From the NCBI GenBank assembly GCA_030537595.1, contig JAUNVR010000007.1, forward strand, positions 1,009 through 65,008: 64,000 nt of DNA, written 5' to 3'. Made by a program: the position numbers and the translations under genes. Of this stretch, positions 36,598 to 47,281 are shown piece after piece (position 1 is the first letter of the stretch; each line of letters begins with the position of its first letter). A model generated the notes under the pieces. It made no database searches. It was given only the letters and a program-made list of their open reading frames with translations, and was not told the origin of the DNA. This stretch comes from Eubacteriales bacterium. Its GTDB lineage: Bacteria > Bacillota > Clostridia > Saccharofermentanales > DTU023.

Positions 36598-36629
36598 AAA
36601 GCCGGCCCACTGGGCCGGCTTTTATTTTG
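36598..36629. terminator. Bidirectional rho-independent terminator
   Basis: GCCGGCCC-ACTG-GGGCCGGC hairpin, flanked by an A-run upstream and TTTTATTTT downstream. It lies between convergent genes. Confidence 0.8.
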
Positions 36630-36646
36630 CTCTTTAATTAAGTCTC

Positions 36647-36886
36647 TTAGTCCTGAAAGACCTCATCCAAGTTTAGATCCTCTAAAAGAGTGCGCAAAAT
36701 TGCTGCTTCCTCCTGGTTTAAGGAAACTCCCTTACCCATTTTACTGTGATCAGGAGCCCAATCCCGAATATCTAATTTTGCTTTGTTGCCATTCCATGAC
36801 ACCATGTTTAGTTCTCTATTCCAGCCTGATTTAGAACTGGAAAGAACACCGAGCTGTGCTTTAACTTCGTACTTGAATTCAGCCAT
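36647..36886 (-). CDS. YdbC/PC4-like single-stranded DNA-binding protein
   Basis: 79 aa. GVLSSSKSGWNRELNMVSWNGNKAKLDIRDWAPDHSKMGKGVSL closely resembles what I recall of the Lactococcus YdbC (PC4-like) family. Confidence 0.7.
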   Translation of the reverse strand: MAEFKYEVKAQLGVLSSSKSGWNRELNMVSWNGNKAKLDIRDWAPDHSKMGKGVSLNQEEAAILRTLLEDLNLDEVFQD

Positions 36887-36991
36887 TAATATCAGTCCTT
36901 TCTTCTATGACAATGGCCTGATTCTGCCAAGCAAAGATTGATTTGTCAACTTAGCTCCAAAAGAGGGCGCTCGGCAGAATCGGGCTCTATT

Positions 36992-39358
36992 TTATGCGAT
37001 GTGCCAGATTTCCTTAGCGTAATCCATAATCGTCCGGTCCGAACTAAAGACTCCTGAGCTGCAGATATTTGCCCAAGCCATCTTCGCTCTTTCTAGCTCA
37101 TTCGGATAAGCCCGCTGAGCATCTAAACGACGGTTATAGAAATCAGTAAAGTCACCTAAGGCGTAGTAAATATCTGCCTTCTCCCAGCTGCTGCCGTTGA
37201 TTAAGGCGTTGTAGAGATCGTTAAACATCCCGGTACCGGCATCATCAAATTGCCCATTAACCAAGCTGTCAACGACTTTTTTAAGGCCAGGAACATTCTC
37301 ATACTGCCATTGTGAGTTGTAGTAGTCCAAGGTTGCTTTGAAATCCTCGGGCTTGACTCCGAACATATAGTTATTTTCTTCACCAGCCGCTTCAACAATC
37401 TCTACGTTGGCACCATCCCAAGTTCCTAAGGTTAAGGCCCCGTTCATCATGAACTTCATATTACCTGTTCCTGATGCCTCTTTACCAACAGTTGAAATCT
37501 GAATTGATAAGTCAGCTGCCGGGAAGAGTTTTTCACCCACCGAAACATTGTAGTTCGGGATGAAGTGAACCTTGATCAGGTCCTTAATGGACTTGTCATT
37601 GTTAACCATTCTAGAAATCTCGTTAATGAACTTAATCATTGCTCTGGCTCTGAAATAGCCTGGTGCAGATTTTCCACCAAAGAGATAGGTCACTGGGGTG
37701 AAGCTCTGCATGTCCAGCTTGCCCTCTTTTAGCTCATTGTACTGATGGAGAATGGCAAATGCATTCAAGTGCTGGCGCTTATACTCATGAATTCGCTTAC
37801 ACTGCACATCAAATAGGCTATCGGGATTCAAGCTAATCTGATTACGAGCTTGTAGATAATTCGATAACTCTTGCTTCTTTGCAGTCTTAATTTCTAGGAA
37901 GCGTCGTAATACTTTCTCATCTGAGGCGTATTTCTCAAGCTCTTCCAGCTGTTTTAAATCCTTGACCCACTTATCGTTGCCAAGTAATTCAGTGATTAAC
38001 TCGGACAGCTCGGGATTGCAAAGGCGCAGCCAGCGTCGCGGAGTGACACCATTGGTTTTGGCCGAGAAGCGCTCGGGGAAGATGCGATAAAACTGCTTTA
38101 AAGTATCTCCCTTCAGAATTTCTGTATGAATCTCGGCAACTCCGTTAATTGAGAAACAGGTATAGCAAGCTAACCAGGCCATGTGTACCTGACCATCATG
38201 GATCGGCGACAGGTATTCAATTTCATCATGCTGCAAACCAAAGTCCAAACCTTCAGCTCTGAAGCGACGATCGATCAGCTTAATGATTTCTAAGACTCTG
38301 GGGAAGAGGAATTGGAAAATTGAAATATCCCATTTCTCCATTGCTTCTGCCAAAATAGTGTGATTGGTGTAGGCAAAGGTTTTTTGTGCAATAGCCCAGG
38401 CTTGGTCAAAGCTGAGACCCTCTTCGTCAATGAGCAGCCTAATTAGTTCAGGAATTGCTAAGACTGGATGGGTATCGTTAAGCTGGATTACGTTATAGTC
38501 TGGGAACTTAGTAAAGTCAGTTCCATGCTCAGCCTTAAAGTCGCGCAGGATTAATTTTAAGGATGCAGCGACAAAGAAATATTGCTGCCGAACTCTTAAA
38601 ACCTTCCCATCATAAGAGGTATCGTTCGGGTAAAGGACTCTGAAGATATCGTTGACACGATTTCTTTCAATCACAGCGTCATCAAATCTCTGCGAGTTAA
38701 ATAAGTTAAAGTCAAACTCGTGGAAAGGTTCTGCTCGCCACAACTTTAAGCTGTTGATATAGGAATCATGATAGGCCGTGACCGGAAGGTTATAGGGCAC
38801 TGCCCAAACATTAAAATCATTAAAACGGATTAAAACCTTATCTTCTTCTGAACGCACGGTAAAAGGATAAGGACGTTCACACCAAGCATCCGGGAATTCC
38901 TTCTGGAAACCATCTTCAAATTCCTGGCGGAATAAACCATAGCGATACATAATGCCGTATCCGGTAACTGGCAAGCGCAAATTCGCACATGAATCTAGGA
39001 AGCAGGCTGCCAAGCGGCCGAGACCGCCATTGCCGAGGCCAGGATCGGTCTCTTCCTCTTCTAGGTCGGCCAATTCATATCCATAGGAGTGCACAAAATC
39101 ACTCATGAACTCATGTAAGCCGGCATTTACAATATTGTTGAGCAAGGAACGTCCGACCAAAAATTCGGCGGAGAAATAGTGCACCTTACGCTGCCCACTC
39201 TGCTCTTCTGTCGTCTCGACCCAATCTTCTGATTGCAAGGCAACCAAGGCGTAGGCAATCACCGTCCAAAACTCATGTTTGGTCAAATCACGTAAAGTCT
39301 TTGCATAAACCGCCGCACTTACACCCTCGACGATTGACTGAAATCTGTTCTTATCCAT
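36992..39358 (-). CDS. glgP: Glycogen/maltodextrin phosphorylase
   Basis: 788 aa with GNGGLGRLAACFLDS and the PLP-lysine motif EASGTGNMKFMMNGALTLGTWDGANVE. Confidence 0.9.
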   Translation of the reverse strand: MDKNRFQSIVEGVSAAVYAKTLRDLTKHEFWTVIAYALVALQSEDWVETTEEQSGQRKVHYFSAEFLVGRSLLNNIVNAGLHEFMSDFVHSYGYELADLEEEETDPGLGNGGLGRLAACFLDSCANLRLPVTGYGIMYRYGLFRQEFEDGFQKEFPDAWCERPYPFTVRSEEDKVLIRFNDFNVWAVPYNLPVTAYHDSYINSLKLWRAEPFHEFDFNLFNSQRFDDAVIERNRVNDIFRVLYPNDTSYDGKVLRVRQQYFFVAASLKLILRDFKAEHGTDFTKFPDYNVIQLNDTHPVLAIPELIRLLIDEEGLSFDQAWAIAQKTFAYTNHTILAEAMEKWDISIFQFLFPRVLEIIKLIDRRFRAEGLDFGLQHDEIEYLSPIHDGQVHMAWLACYTCFSINGVAEIHTEILKGDTLKQFYRIFPERFSAKTNGVTPRRWLRLCNPELSELITELLGNDKWVKDLKQLEELEKYASDEKVLRRFLEIKTAKKQELSNYLQARNQISLNPDSLFDVQCKRIHEYKRQHLNAFAILHQYNELKEGKLDMQSFTPVTYLFGGKSAPGYFRARAMIKFINEISRMVNNDKSIKDLIKVHFIPNYNVSVGEKLFPAADLSIQISTVGKEASGTGNMKFMMNGALTLGTWDGANVEIVEAAGEENNYMFGVKPEDFKATLDYYNSQWQYENVPGLKKVVDSLVNGQFDDAGTGMFNDLYNALINGSSWEKADIYYALGDFTDFYNRRLDAQRAYPNELERAKMAWANICSSGVFSSDRTIMDYAKEIWHIA

Positions 39359-39387
39359 ATATTAACTCCTCAAAAAATTCTGCTTCA

Positions 39388-39415
39388 ATTATAGATGAGC
39401 CAGAACAACTGTCAA
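39388..39415 (-). promoter_or_regulatory. Sigma-A-type promoter for glgP
   Basis: Read on the minus strand: TTGACA (39415-39410), a 16-nt spacer, then TATAAT (39393-39388). GAGGAG lies 7 nt before the ATG. Confidence 0.65.
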
Positions 39416-39571
39416 AGAAAAAGCTTAATCAACGGGAATATTGACAGTTTTTGACTGCTATCCAGATTACTTACAGGCCAAAATACACTAAGTAATTGGC
39501 CCCTAGCCCTGAGTATTGAATTATAACAAAAGCAAAATAAAGCTCTACTAAAGTGAAAGGAGTATACATTT

Positions 39572-40072
39572 TTGCGGCTAATCCACGCAATTAAGGACCT
39601 AAATCTATTGGCAGGAGTCAAGCAGATAAGCTTCACTCCTGCTGCAGCGCTTAGCCTCTTCTGCCTGTTCGGCCTATCTTTAAGCCTAGCTTGGGAAGAT
39701 ATTCATGCGCAGCGTTTAGAGGATGGCTGGCAGGAGAGCTTATTTCTACTCTCCCTTTACTGCGCACTGCAGATCAGAGAAGGATCAGTAATAGCTCTTA
39801 ATTTTTTATTAAATTTTAGCTTTATTTGCCTCCTAACAGCTTCAATTTGCTACTTGGAAAAGCGCTTAAAGAAGCGAATTATCGGTGGTGCCGACCTCTC
39901 ATTCATCCTCTGCTTAAGCCCAATCCTCAGGCCTTTCGCTATTGTATATATCTTGCCCTTGGCCTTAGTCCTAGCTCTGCCACAGGCCCTCTTCCTACTC
40001 ATTTTAAGGCGCTTTGATTCAACAATCGCCTTAATTCCCTATCTTACATTTGCTGCTATACTATTATTGTGA
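39572..40072 (+). CDS. Short prepilin-peptidase-like (A24 family, CpaA/TadV-size) membrane protein
   Basis: 166 aa, TTG start after AGGAG plus 9 nt. AWEDIHAQRLED resembles the first Asp box (DxxxxxIP(N/D)). IIGGADLSFIL resembles GGGDxKL. C-terminal LIPYLTF resembles (I/V)PFGPF. Confidence 0.5.
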   Translation: MRLIHAIKDLNLLAGVKQISFTPAAALSLFCLFGLSLSLAWEDIHAQRLEDGWQESLFLLSLYCALQIREGSVIALNFLLNFSFICLLTASICYLEKRLKKRIIGGADLSFILCLSPILRPFAIVYILPLALVLALPQALFLLILRRFDSTIALIPYLTFAAILLL

Positions 40073-40094
40073 TTTCAGGAGGAGTAGTATTTAA

Positions 40095-41135
40095 ATGGAG
40101 AAGCAAAAGCAAGTTTTACGCAATACTAGTCAGCTCAAGCCCCGACCTCGCCTGCGCCTCGCAGCAGCTAATCGGCCGCGTCAACTACCTGAAAAGCTAA
40201 TTCGTATCTTAATCCTAAGCTCTACTTTAGCCCTGACTTTAACTGTGTTTATAGGCCGCTTCATCCTCCCTAGAGATGGCTCTTGGCAAGTGGATTTAAC
40301 TTATGACTTAGTTAATTTGCTGCTAGTCTTCATTCTCCCCCTACTAATTGTCTACTACATCTATCCAGAAAGCTTTAGCCACTTGCCCTTAAACTTTGAT
40401 CATGCTTTGAACTTAGTTTTAGCATTTTTTACTGGCCTAGCTTTAGCGGTCCTGAGCTATGGATTGAACTTACTCTTCCTAGCCTTAATTAATCATAGTG
40501 GCTTTTCATTTTTACTAAAGTATTTAGGCGACAGAGGGGCAGAGGTCCAGAGTATCTACAAGAGTTTGCCAGTTCTAGCAGTAATTATTCTTTTAATTCA
40601 GCTGATCTTACCTGCTCTAGTGATCGCCCTATATACCCAGTCTTTTCTGGCCAAAGGCCTACGCTCGACCTATAAGTCTAAATTCCTCGCCAGCCTGGTC
40701 ACGGCGCTTTTACTGAGCTTACTGAGAAACCACCTGAGCTTATTCATACCCCATTTCATCCTAGCTCTTTGTCTATTCCGCCTGGCTCAAAGGAAGCGTG
40801 AGAACCTAGTTGAAGCTAGTTTATTACTAGGCGGGTTTTATCTTTGCAGTAAAGTACTGCTCCCCCTTTGGTCACTTGGTAGGACTTTAGATCCCTTGGC
40901 CTACAAGCAAATAAAAAGCTTTGCTGACCTCCTCCAGATACTATTATTGACGCTGATTGCTGCGGCTATTTTTGCCGCCCTTTGGCTACCTTTAATCAAT
41001 TTAGATAGTACAGATCCCCTCAAGTTAAAGCAGCGCAGAAATCAAGCTCTCAGCCTACATGAGCGGAAGAAAACGCAAACTACAGTGAGCTTACTGCTGC
41101 TTTGGATTTTTATTTTAAATCTACTTGCAGTATAG
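40095..41135 (+). CDS. Polytopic membrane protein of unknown function
   Basis: 346 aa with an Arg-rich N-terminus followed by ~8 hydrophobic segments. I recognised no catalytic motif. Confidence 0.55.
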   Translation: MEKQKQVLRNTSQLKPRPRLRLAAANRPRQLPEKLIRILILSSTLALTLTVFIGRFILPRDGSWQVDLTYDLVNLLLVFILPLLIVYYIYPESFSHLPLNFDHALNLVLAFFTGLALAVLSYGLNLLFLALINHSGFSFLLKYLGDRGAEVQSIYKSLPVLAVIILLIQLILPALVIALYTQSFLAKGLRSTYKSKFLASLVTALLLSLLRNHLSLFIPHFILALCLFRLAQRKRENLVEASLLLGGFYLCSKVLLPLWSLGRTLDPLAYKQIKSFADLLQILLLTLIAAAIFAALWLPLINLDSTDPLKLKQRRNQALSLHERKKTQTTVSLLLLWIFILNLLAV

Positions 41136-41148
41136 AAAAAGGTGAATC

Positions 41149-42552
41149 ATGACAGAAGTTAAGTTAAATTCAGAAAAATCTTCAAAAGCCAAAACTCCTG
41201 TTCCTGAAAGTAATGACAAGCAGAGTTTAAGCGAGTTCAAGGCAGGCTCTGGCGCCCCTGGCTTTGACAATAGTTATGACGATCGCCGCTTTATCCTTAA
41301 GGTAATCCGCTACGTTTTGCAGCTTCTCCTCTTGCTTGCTGCGGTCTACCTCTGCGTCAAGATTTTCCCCTTCTTACTGCCAATTTTCTTTGGTCTGATT
41401 ATTGCCCGCTCAGCTGCATTCTTCTCGCTGCAAATTGATCGTGTTTTCAATCTTATTTTACCGCGACGTAAAGAACAGCCGAGCTCACGTCTGATCAAAA
41501 GGCGGCATACCAGGTCAATCGTACTTTACTTTGTCCTCGTTATCCTCTTTTTCTTACTCGTAGCTTGGGCAATCCATGCCTCAGTTGAGAGTGTTAAACT
41601 CTTAGCTCAGCAATTGCCGCGAGCTCTACGCAATAACAATTTCGGTGAAATGCTGCAGCGCAGTCTACTTAGCTTAGATAAAAGTTTAAGTAATATCGGG
41701 CTTGATAATCTGAATGTTGACCGGATTATGCTGCAGCTCAGTAAATTCCAGGATGTGCTGATTGAAAAGCTACCCCAGCTTTTGACGACCTTTGTGAATG
41801 CAACTTCAAAGGCAGTCGGCTCGCTTCCTCTAGCCTCACTGATGATTCTGATTACCATTATGTCGGGCTATTATTTCCTCAGAGACAGCGCAAAGTTCTA
41901 TTTAATTGGGCGCCGACTAATTCCGAGTAAAACCTTTGTCAGACGCCTTTTTAATCTTTTAAACGCTATTGTTTACACCCTTTTTAGGATAGTCGGCGGT
42001 TATATTCTTATTTTCTTTGTGGTCTTTTTGCAGGCCTGGCTGGGACTTTCGATTGTCCGCTTCCCCAACGCCTCGCTCTGGGCCATCTTCATCGCCTTTG
42101 TCGACATGCTGCCAGTCCTCGGCATATCTGCGACCATGATTCCAATGTCAATCTATCTCTTCATCACAGCGAGCTCGTGGCAGGGTGCATTGACCCTCTT
42201 AATTATGATTCTAATGTGGACGTCTAGACGCTTCTTTGAACCTTTAATCCTCGGTGGTGCAATGCGCCTACATCCCCTGCTAACTATTTTTGCAATGATT
42301 CTCGGGATTAAGATATATGGCCTCGGTGGTGTCTTAGTCGGTCCAGTTATTCTAGTCATCATGCGTGAAATCATGCAGGTCTTCCAATTGCGCAATATCT
42401 TAAGGCAAAGCCTAGGGCGCCTAGTCTCAGACCGCAATGCTGACAGCATGATTCCAGCTACTGAACGACTTCAAGCAAAGCGCCGCAGCACGGTACCCAA
42501 GAGTATCAGAAATGGGCTTAAGAATCTGAATAAGAAACGGCCGAAAAACTAG
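41149..42552 (+). CDS. AI-2E/PerM (UPF0118, YtvI-like) family transporter
   Basis: 467 aa with multiple TM segments. AFVDMLPVLGISATMIP and the GG-containing C-terminal helices are typical of the AI-2E family. Confidence 0.65.
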   Translation: MTEVKLNSEKSSKAKTPVPESNDKQSLSEFKAGSGAPGFDNSYDDRRFILKVIRYVLQLLLLLAAVYLCVKIFPFLLPIFFGLIIARSAAFFSLQIDRVFNLILPRRKEQPSSRLIKRRHTRSIVLYFVLVILFFLLVAWAIHASVESVKLLAQQLPRALRNNNFGEMLQRSLLSLDKSLSNIGLDNLNVDRIMLQLSKFQDVLIEKLPQLLTTFVNATSKAVGSLPLASLMILITIMSGYYFLRDSAKFYLIGRRLIPSKTFVRRLFNLLNAIVYTLFRIVGGYILIFFVVFLQAWLGLSIVRFPNASLWAIFIAFVDMLPVLGISATMIPMSIYLFITASSWQGALTLLIMILMWTSRRFFEPLILGGAMRLHPLLTIFAMILGIKIYGLGGVLVGPVILVIMREIMQVFQLRNILRQSLGRLVSDRNADSMIPATERLQAKRRSTVPKSIRNGLKNLNKKRPKN

Positions 42553-43709
42553 TCTTCCTGCTTTTGCCACTGGTCCTGATAGTGCTCAATATTCGCCTCA
42601 TGCTCCTCCAGAGTTTTGGCAAATTCGTTGCTACCATCACCACGTGCACAGAAATATAAGTATTCATTAGCTCCAGGCCAGCTTTGCTCGTTAGCGGGCC
42701 AGAGCACGCCTTCAATTGCGATAATCCCAGGATTATTCAAAGGTCCTGGTGGCAGGCCGGGATGACTATAGGTATTGTATGGATTAGTTCTAAATCTCTC
42801 TAGGTCACTGTTTAAAACCCAGAGCCGAGGTTCCTCATGATTCTCGAGGCGAAGATAGTTGATACTCGCACAAGATTCCAGAGGCATTTCTTGATTCAAG
42901 CGGTTCAAAAAGACCTTGCCGATTTTCGAAATATCAGCAAAAGCACCTTCCGCCTGAACAATTGAAGCTAAAGTTATAACTTCATCCATACTCAGGCCCA
43001 TCCGGCTAGCTCGTTCACCGTAATCGTATTCTTTTAGCTTAATTTCGGTGTTATCGAGGAACATTCGCAGAATGCTTTCTTCATCCATATTGGGGTCAAA
43101 TTGATAGGTGTCGGGCCAGAGATAACCCTGTAAAGGCCAAGCCCTATCCTTATGGAGCAAAATCTCCTGGACAAAGTCATAGTCAATAAAAAGGTTCGGC
43201 CGACTGACTAAATCATCCATTCTCTGGACGTCTATCTTCAGCCCATTGGCCACCATCTGATCACGCATTTGCTGGTAGGTCATGCCTTCAGGGAAGGTTA
43301 AGGTTACCGGCTTCGGCATCCGCGTTAAAGTAAACATAATCTCGTCATAACTCATTTTTGCCGAAAGGTAATGAGTACCAGCCTGGTACTGACCGTCGAA
43401 GCCATTAAATTTCGAGAGAATTTTAAAAACTGTCTGGTTAGTAATCAGGCTGTTGTCGGCCAAGATTTTTGCAATCGCAGTAGTATCTGCAGAGCGCGGA
43501 ACATAAATCTCAACCGCGCCTTCCATATCTTTAGTAAAGGGAGATTCCCCATCATTCGCCTCGAAGGCCTTGCTGAGCATGACGAAACGTTCATTTTGCG
43601 AGCGCACGTAATCATAGCCATTAATAAAGCCAAAAAATGCAAGTCCGGCCAAAAGAATGATGAAGCCGAAAATAATTAAAGTTTTAAGCAGACGACTGAA
43701 ACGCATCAA
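42549..43709 (-). CDS. mltG: Endolytic murein transglycosylase MltG (YceG-like)
   Basis: N-terminal TM helix, LASIVQAEG, and NPYNTYSHPGLPPGPLNNPG. Confidence 0.85.
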   Translation of the reverse strand: MMRFSRLLKTLIIFGFIILLAGLAFFGFINGYDYVRSQNERFVMLSKAFEANDGESPFTKDMEGAVEIYVPRSADTTAIAKILADNSLITNQTVFKILSKFNGFDGQYQAGTHYLSAKMSYDEIMFTLTRMPKPVTLTFPEGMTYQQMRDQMVANGLKIDVQRMDDLVSRPNLFIDYDFVQEILLHKDRAWPLQGYLWPDTYQFDPNMDEESILRMFLDNTEIKLKEYDYGERASRMGLSMDEVITLASIVQAEGAFADISKIGKVFLNRLNQEMPLESCASINYLRLENHEEPRLWVLNSDLERFRTNPYNTYSHPGLPPGPLNNPGIIAIEGVLWPANEQSWPGANEYLYFCARGDGSNEFAKTLEEHEANIEHYQDQWQKQED

Positions 43710-43757
43710 GTACTCCTTTACTCCGGTCAGCTAGAATTCTACTACAAAATAGAGCTT

Positions 43758-45596
43758 TTAGCTCGAGTGCTTTCTTTTTTGCTGCTTAATTCGCTCACCT
43801 GAATTTAGGATTTTCTTGCGCAGGCGAATATTCTCCGGCGTTACCTCAATTAGCTCGTCTTCATCGATAAACTCTAAAGCAGATTCTAAAGTCATCTGAA
43901 TCGGTGGACTGAGATTCGGAGCGTCATCTACACCAGCAGCCCGGAAATTGGTTTTTTGCTTTTGTTTGCAGACGTTGACGCTAACATCTTCGCCCCGTTG
44001 CGTAACTCCAACAATCATCCCTTCATAAACCTGAGTACCAGCAGTAATCATTAGCTGCCCTCTCGCCTCGGCATGGCTTAATGCGTATGCAGTAGCGACT
44101 CCAGTTTCAGCGGCAACCAAGACTTGCTTGTTCCGCTTTGGACTATCTCCACGGTAGGGTACATAGCGGTCCAAGACGGAGTTGAGCACACCCTGTCCTC
44201 GCGTATCAGATAAGAATTCTGAGCGGTAGGCAAAGAGGAAGCGCGACGGAATCCGGAAGACCATCCGGACAATCCCCCGTTCGGAACTCTCCATTTTTTG
44301 CAATTCAGCCTTCCGCCCTGCTAATTTTTCAATTACTACACCAGTCTTGTTCTCAGGACAGTCAACATAGAGCAGTTCCTCCGGCTCAGATAAGACACCG
44401 TCAATTTCCTTTAAGATGATTTCTGGACGAGAAAGCTGGAACTCATAACCCTCACGGCGCATTTCTTCGACCAAGATTGAAAGGTGCAACTCTCCGCGAC
44501 CCTTTAAAATGAAGTGGTCTGTTGCCTTCCCTTCCTCTAGTTTCATCGCCAGATTCTTTTCAATCTCGCGCTCCAGCCGAGCTAAGATTTGCCGCGAAGT
44601 CAAATACTTACCCTCACGGCCAGCAAAGGGAGAATTGTTAACCCAGATCGTCAGAGCCATTGTCGGCTCGTCGATATCAGTAAAGGGTAAGGGCTCAGGG
44701 TGCTCTGGATCGACTAAAGTATCACCAATCTCAACCCCGTCAATACCCGCAAGAAGCACGATTTCTCCTGCTCCAGCAGTATTTACCTCTTGTTGCATCA
44801 GACCTGAGTAAACCATCGCCTTAGCAACCCTAGTCTGTCTAACCTCTGGGCTACCCTCACGCACTACAGCCAAATTGCTGCCCGTCTTTAGCTCACCCCG
44901 GGTAATTCGACCAATCGCTAAGCGGCCCACATAAGAGTCAAAATCGATATTTGCAACTAGCATCTGCAAGGGACCATCGCGGTCAACCTGAGGTGCTGGA
45001 ATATGCTCTGTGATTGCGTCTAAGAGAATACCTGCATCTGTGGCTTCACTAGGCTTTAGTTCGTAATCTGGGTAGAAGATCCCGTCTCTTGCTGAACCAT
45101 AAATGATTGGGAACTCCAATTGCTGCTCATCTGCTCCCAGATCCAAAAATAAATCTAAGACCTGGTCATAAGCGATGTCAGGGCGACTTAAATTACGATC
45201 GACCTTGTTAATTAAGACAATCGGTTTCAGGCCACTAGCTAAGGCTTTCTTTAGCACAAATCTAGTTTGTGGCATCGGACCTTCCCAGGCATCAACAACC
45301 AAAAGCACGCCATCGACCATATTCAGGACTCGTTCAACCTCGCCACCGAAATCAGCGTGTCCCGGTGTATCGACGATATTAATCAGATAATCACCATAGT
45401 TAATAGCGGTATTTTTGGCCAGGATAGTGATACCCCGCTCACGTTCCAAATCATTGGAATCGAGCATTTGCTCGGGTAAGTCTTCATTATCTCTAAATAG
45501 GCCTGAGTGTTTTAGTAATGCGTCTACCAGTGTGGTTTTACCGTGGTCGACGTGGGCAATAATTGCGATATTGCGGATTTTGCGCGGATCGTGCAA
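43758..45596 (-). CDS. typA: Translational GTPase TypA/BipA
   Basis: [36 protein letters not shown] and NKVD, 612 aa. Confidence 0.9.
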   Translation of the reverse strand: MHDPRKIRNIAIIAHVDHGKTTLVDALLKHSGLFRDNEDLPEQMLDSNDLERERGITILAKNTAINYGDYLINIVDTPGHADFGGEVERVLNMVDGVLLVVDAWEGPMPQTRFVLKKALASGLKPIVLINKVDRNLSRPDIAYDQVLDLFLDLGADEQQLEFPIIYGSARDGIFYPDYELKPSEATDAGILLDAITEHIPAPQVDRDGPLQMLVANIDFDSYVGRLAIGRITRGELKTGSNLAVVREGSPEVRQTRVAKAMVYSGLMQQEVNTAGAGEIVLLAGIDGVEIGDTLVDPEHPEPLPFTDIDEPTMALTIWVNNSPFAGREGKYLTSRQILARLEREIEKNLAMKLEEGKATDHFILKGRGELHLSILVEEMRREGYEFQLSRPEIILKEIDGVLSEPEELLYVDCPENKTGVVIEKLAGRKAELQKMESSERGIVRMVFRIPSRFLFAYRSEFLSDTRGQGVLNSVLDRYVPYRGDSPKRNKQVLVAAETGVATAYALSHAEARGQLMITAGTQVYEGMIVGVTQRGEDVSVNVCKQKQKTNFRAAGVDDAPNLSPPIQMTLESALEFIDEDELIEVTPENIRLRKKILNSGERIKQQKRKHSS

Positions 45597-45598
45597 AC

Positions 45599-46927
45599 TT
45601 ATTCCTCCTTAAACATTCCTAAGTCGTGCTTACCGCGCAGCGTTATAACCACCGGAGTTCCGGAGAAATCAAAGGCTTGACGCAATTGATTCTCTAAAAA
45701 GCGTTCGTAGGAAAAGTGTGAAAGTTTCTTGTCATTACAGAAAAAGACGATTGAAGGCGGCTGTGTCTTAATCTGAGTACCATAATATATCTTCAGTTGT
45801 CGTCCCTTATCCTGGGGAGGCGGTTGACGTAAAATTGCTTCACCGAGCACTTCGTTCAGTAAGCCTGTGGAAATCCGACGACAGTTATTTTCGTAAATTT
45901 CTTTGATTAAGGGGAAAATACGCTCTACGTTTTCACCCGTTTTAGCTGATACAAAGAGCATTGGGGCGTAACTCATATAGGCAAACTTCGTCTTAACTTG
46001 ACGGATTATCTCCTCCCGTTTACCCCCGCTCTCTTTTAGGCTGTCGGCCTTATTAATTAAGAAACAGGAAGCCTTTCCGGCATTGTGGGCCAGACCAGCT
46101 ACTTTAGTGTCCTGTTCAGTAACACCCTCAGTGGCATCAATCATAATTAAAGCCACATCACAATTCTCGACAGCATTCAGACTGCGCATCGCCGAATACT
46201 TTTCGACCGAATCAGCAACTCTAGCCTTTCTTCTAAGGCCTGCAGTGTCGATCACTGCATAGCGTTCACCTTCGTACTCGAAGATCTCGGTCAAAGCATC
46301 TCTCGTGGTCCCTGCTTCGTCTGAGACGATTGCTCGCTCGGTGCCAAGAAGGTGGTTAAAGAGCGTCGACTTGCCAACATTCGGCTTCCCGATCAGGGCA
46401 AAACGGATACCTTCGAACTCTGCACCCTCGGGCGCCTCAGGTAATTCTTTCAAAACCTCTGTCATCAGTTCTGCAAGTCCGGTTCGATGCATCGCGGAAA
46501 TCGGATAGATCTCGCCTAAGCCTAATTCGTAGAAAGTATAGAACTCATCGTCTCGCTGCTCCATTTTATTAACTGCAACGACGACAGGCTTATTAGCCTT
46601 GCGTAAGATCCCAGCAATTTCCTTATCGTCTGCCGTGACCCCGGATTTAACATCACAGAGGAAGATAATTACATCAGCCTCTTCGATTGCCAGTTCTGCC
46701 TGCTCTCTAATTAAGGGCTTATAGCCCTCCTGCATAAAGGGTTCAAAGCCACCAGTATCAATCAGGTCAAAGACCTTTCCATACCATTCAGCAGTCGCAA
46801 ACACACGGTCACGGGTAACCCCCGGCACCGAATCAACAATTGCTTGACGTTGACCTATTAAGGCATTAAAAAGCGATGACTTGCCGACATTTGCTCTGCC
46901 GACTATCGCCACACTAGGTTTTCTCAT
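45599..46927 (-). CDS. der: Ribosome biogenesis GTPase Der (EngA)
   Basis: Two tandem G domains ([12 protein letters not shown] and [12 protein letters not shown]) plus a KH-like C-terminus. Confidence 0.9.
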   Translation of the reverse strand: MRKPSVAIVGRANVGKSSLFNALIGQRQAIVDSVPGVTRDRVFATAEWYGKVFDLIDTGGFEPFMQEGYKPLIREQAELAIEEADVIIFLCDVKSGVTADDKEIAGILRKANKPVVVAVNKMEQRDDEFYTFYELGLGEIYPISAMHRTGLAELMTEVLKELPEAPEGAEFEGIRFALIGKPNVGKSTLFNHLLGTERAIVSDEAGTTRDALTEIFEYEGERYAVIDTAGLRRKARVADSVEKYSAMRSLNAVENCDVALIMIDATEGVTEQDTKVAGLAHNAGKASCFLINKADSLKESGGKREEIIRQVKTKFAYMSYAPMLFVSAKTGENVERIFPLIKEIYENNCRRISTGLLNEVLGEAILRQPPPQDKGRQLKIYYGTQIKTQPPSIVFFCNDKKLSHFSYERFLENQLRQAFDFSGTPVVITLRGKHDLGMFKEE

Positions 46928-46950
46928 TTGCGACCTCCATTTTAGCCATG

Positions 46951-46983
46951 AAAAAAGCAGCGAAATAAGCTAAATCCCGCTGC
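46951..46983 (-). terminator. Rho-independent terminator after rpmF
   Basis: Read on the minus strand: GCAGCG...CGCTGC hairpin (15-nt loop) followed by TTTTTT. Confidence 0.6.
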
Positions 46984-47008
46984 CTCCTCAACCATCTTAA
47001 TTTCTGCC

Positions 47009-47191
47009 CTATTCTTCATCCATCGCAATGACTTCTTTACCGGCATAGTGACCGCAAGATTTGCAGACATGATGGGAGAGGGTCAGCTCGTGACATTGAG
47101 TGCACTCAACCAAATTAGGAGTGCTGAGCTTCCAATTGGCACGCAGGGTGCGTGAACGTTGCTTGGACCATTTTCTCTTAGGAACTGCCAT
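47009..47191 (-). CDS. rpmF: 50S ribosomal protein L32
   Basis: MAVPKRKWSKQRSR... with a CxxC...CxxC zinc ribbon (CTQCHE...CKSCG). Confidence 0.9.
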   Translation of the reverse strand: MAVPKRKWSKQRSRTLRANWKLSTPNLVECTQCHELTLSHHVCKSCGHYAGKEVIAMDEE

Positions 47192-47249
47192 GGTACATCC
47201 TCCCTTTCGCTAATAATCTTTCTACGCCACTACTGCAGGCGCAACGCGT

Positions 47250-47278
47250 ATTATGCTAAAAATCCCGACCGCTGTCAA
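47250..47278 (-). promoter_or_regulatory. Sigma-A-type promoter for rpmF
   Basis: Read on the minus strand: TTGACA (47278-47273), a 17-nt spacer, then CATAAT (47255-47250). Confidence 0.6.
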
Positions 47279-47281
47279 GTC

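Noticed and set aside
39412-39636. 74-aa minus-strand ORF in the glgP upstream region
   Set aside because: It overlaps the glgP promoter and the start of the plus-strand A24-like gene, with no SD sequence. It is likely spurious.
40095-41135. 346-aa membrane protein as a CPBP/CAAX-type intramembrane protease
   Set aside because: The topology is reminiscent, but the diagnostic EExxxR, FxxxH and HxxxN/D motifs are not present.
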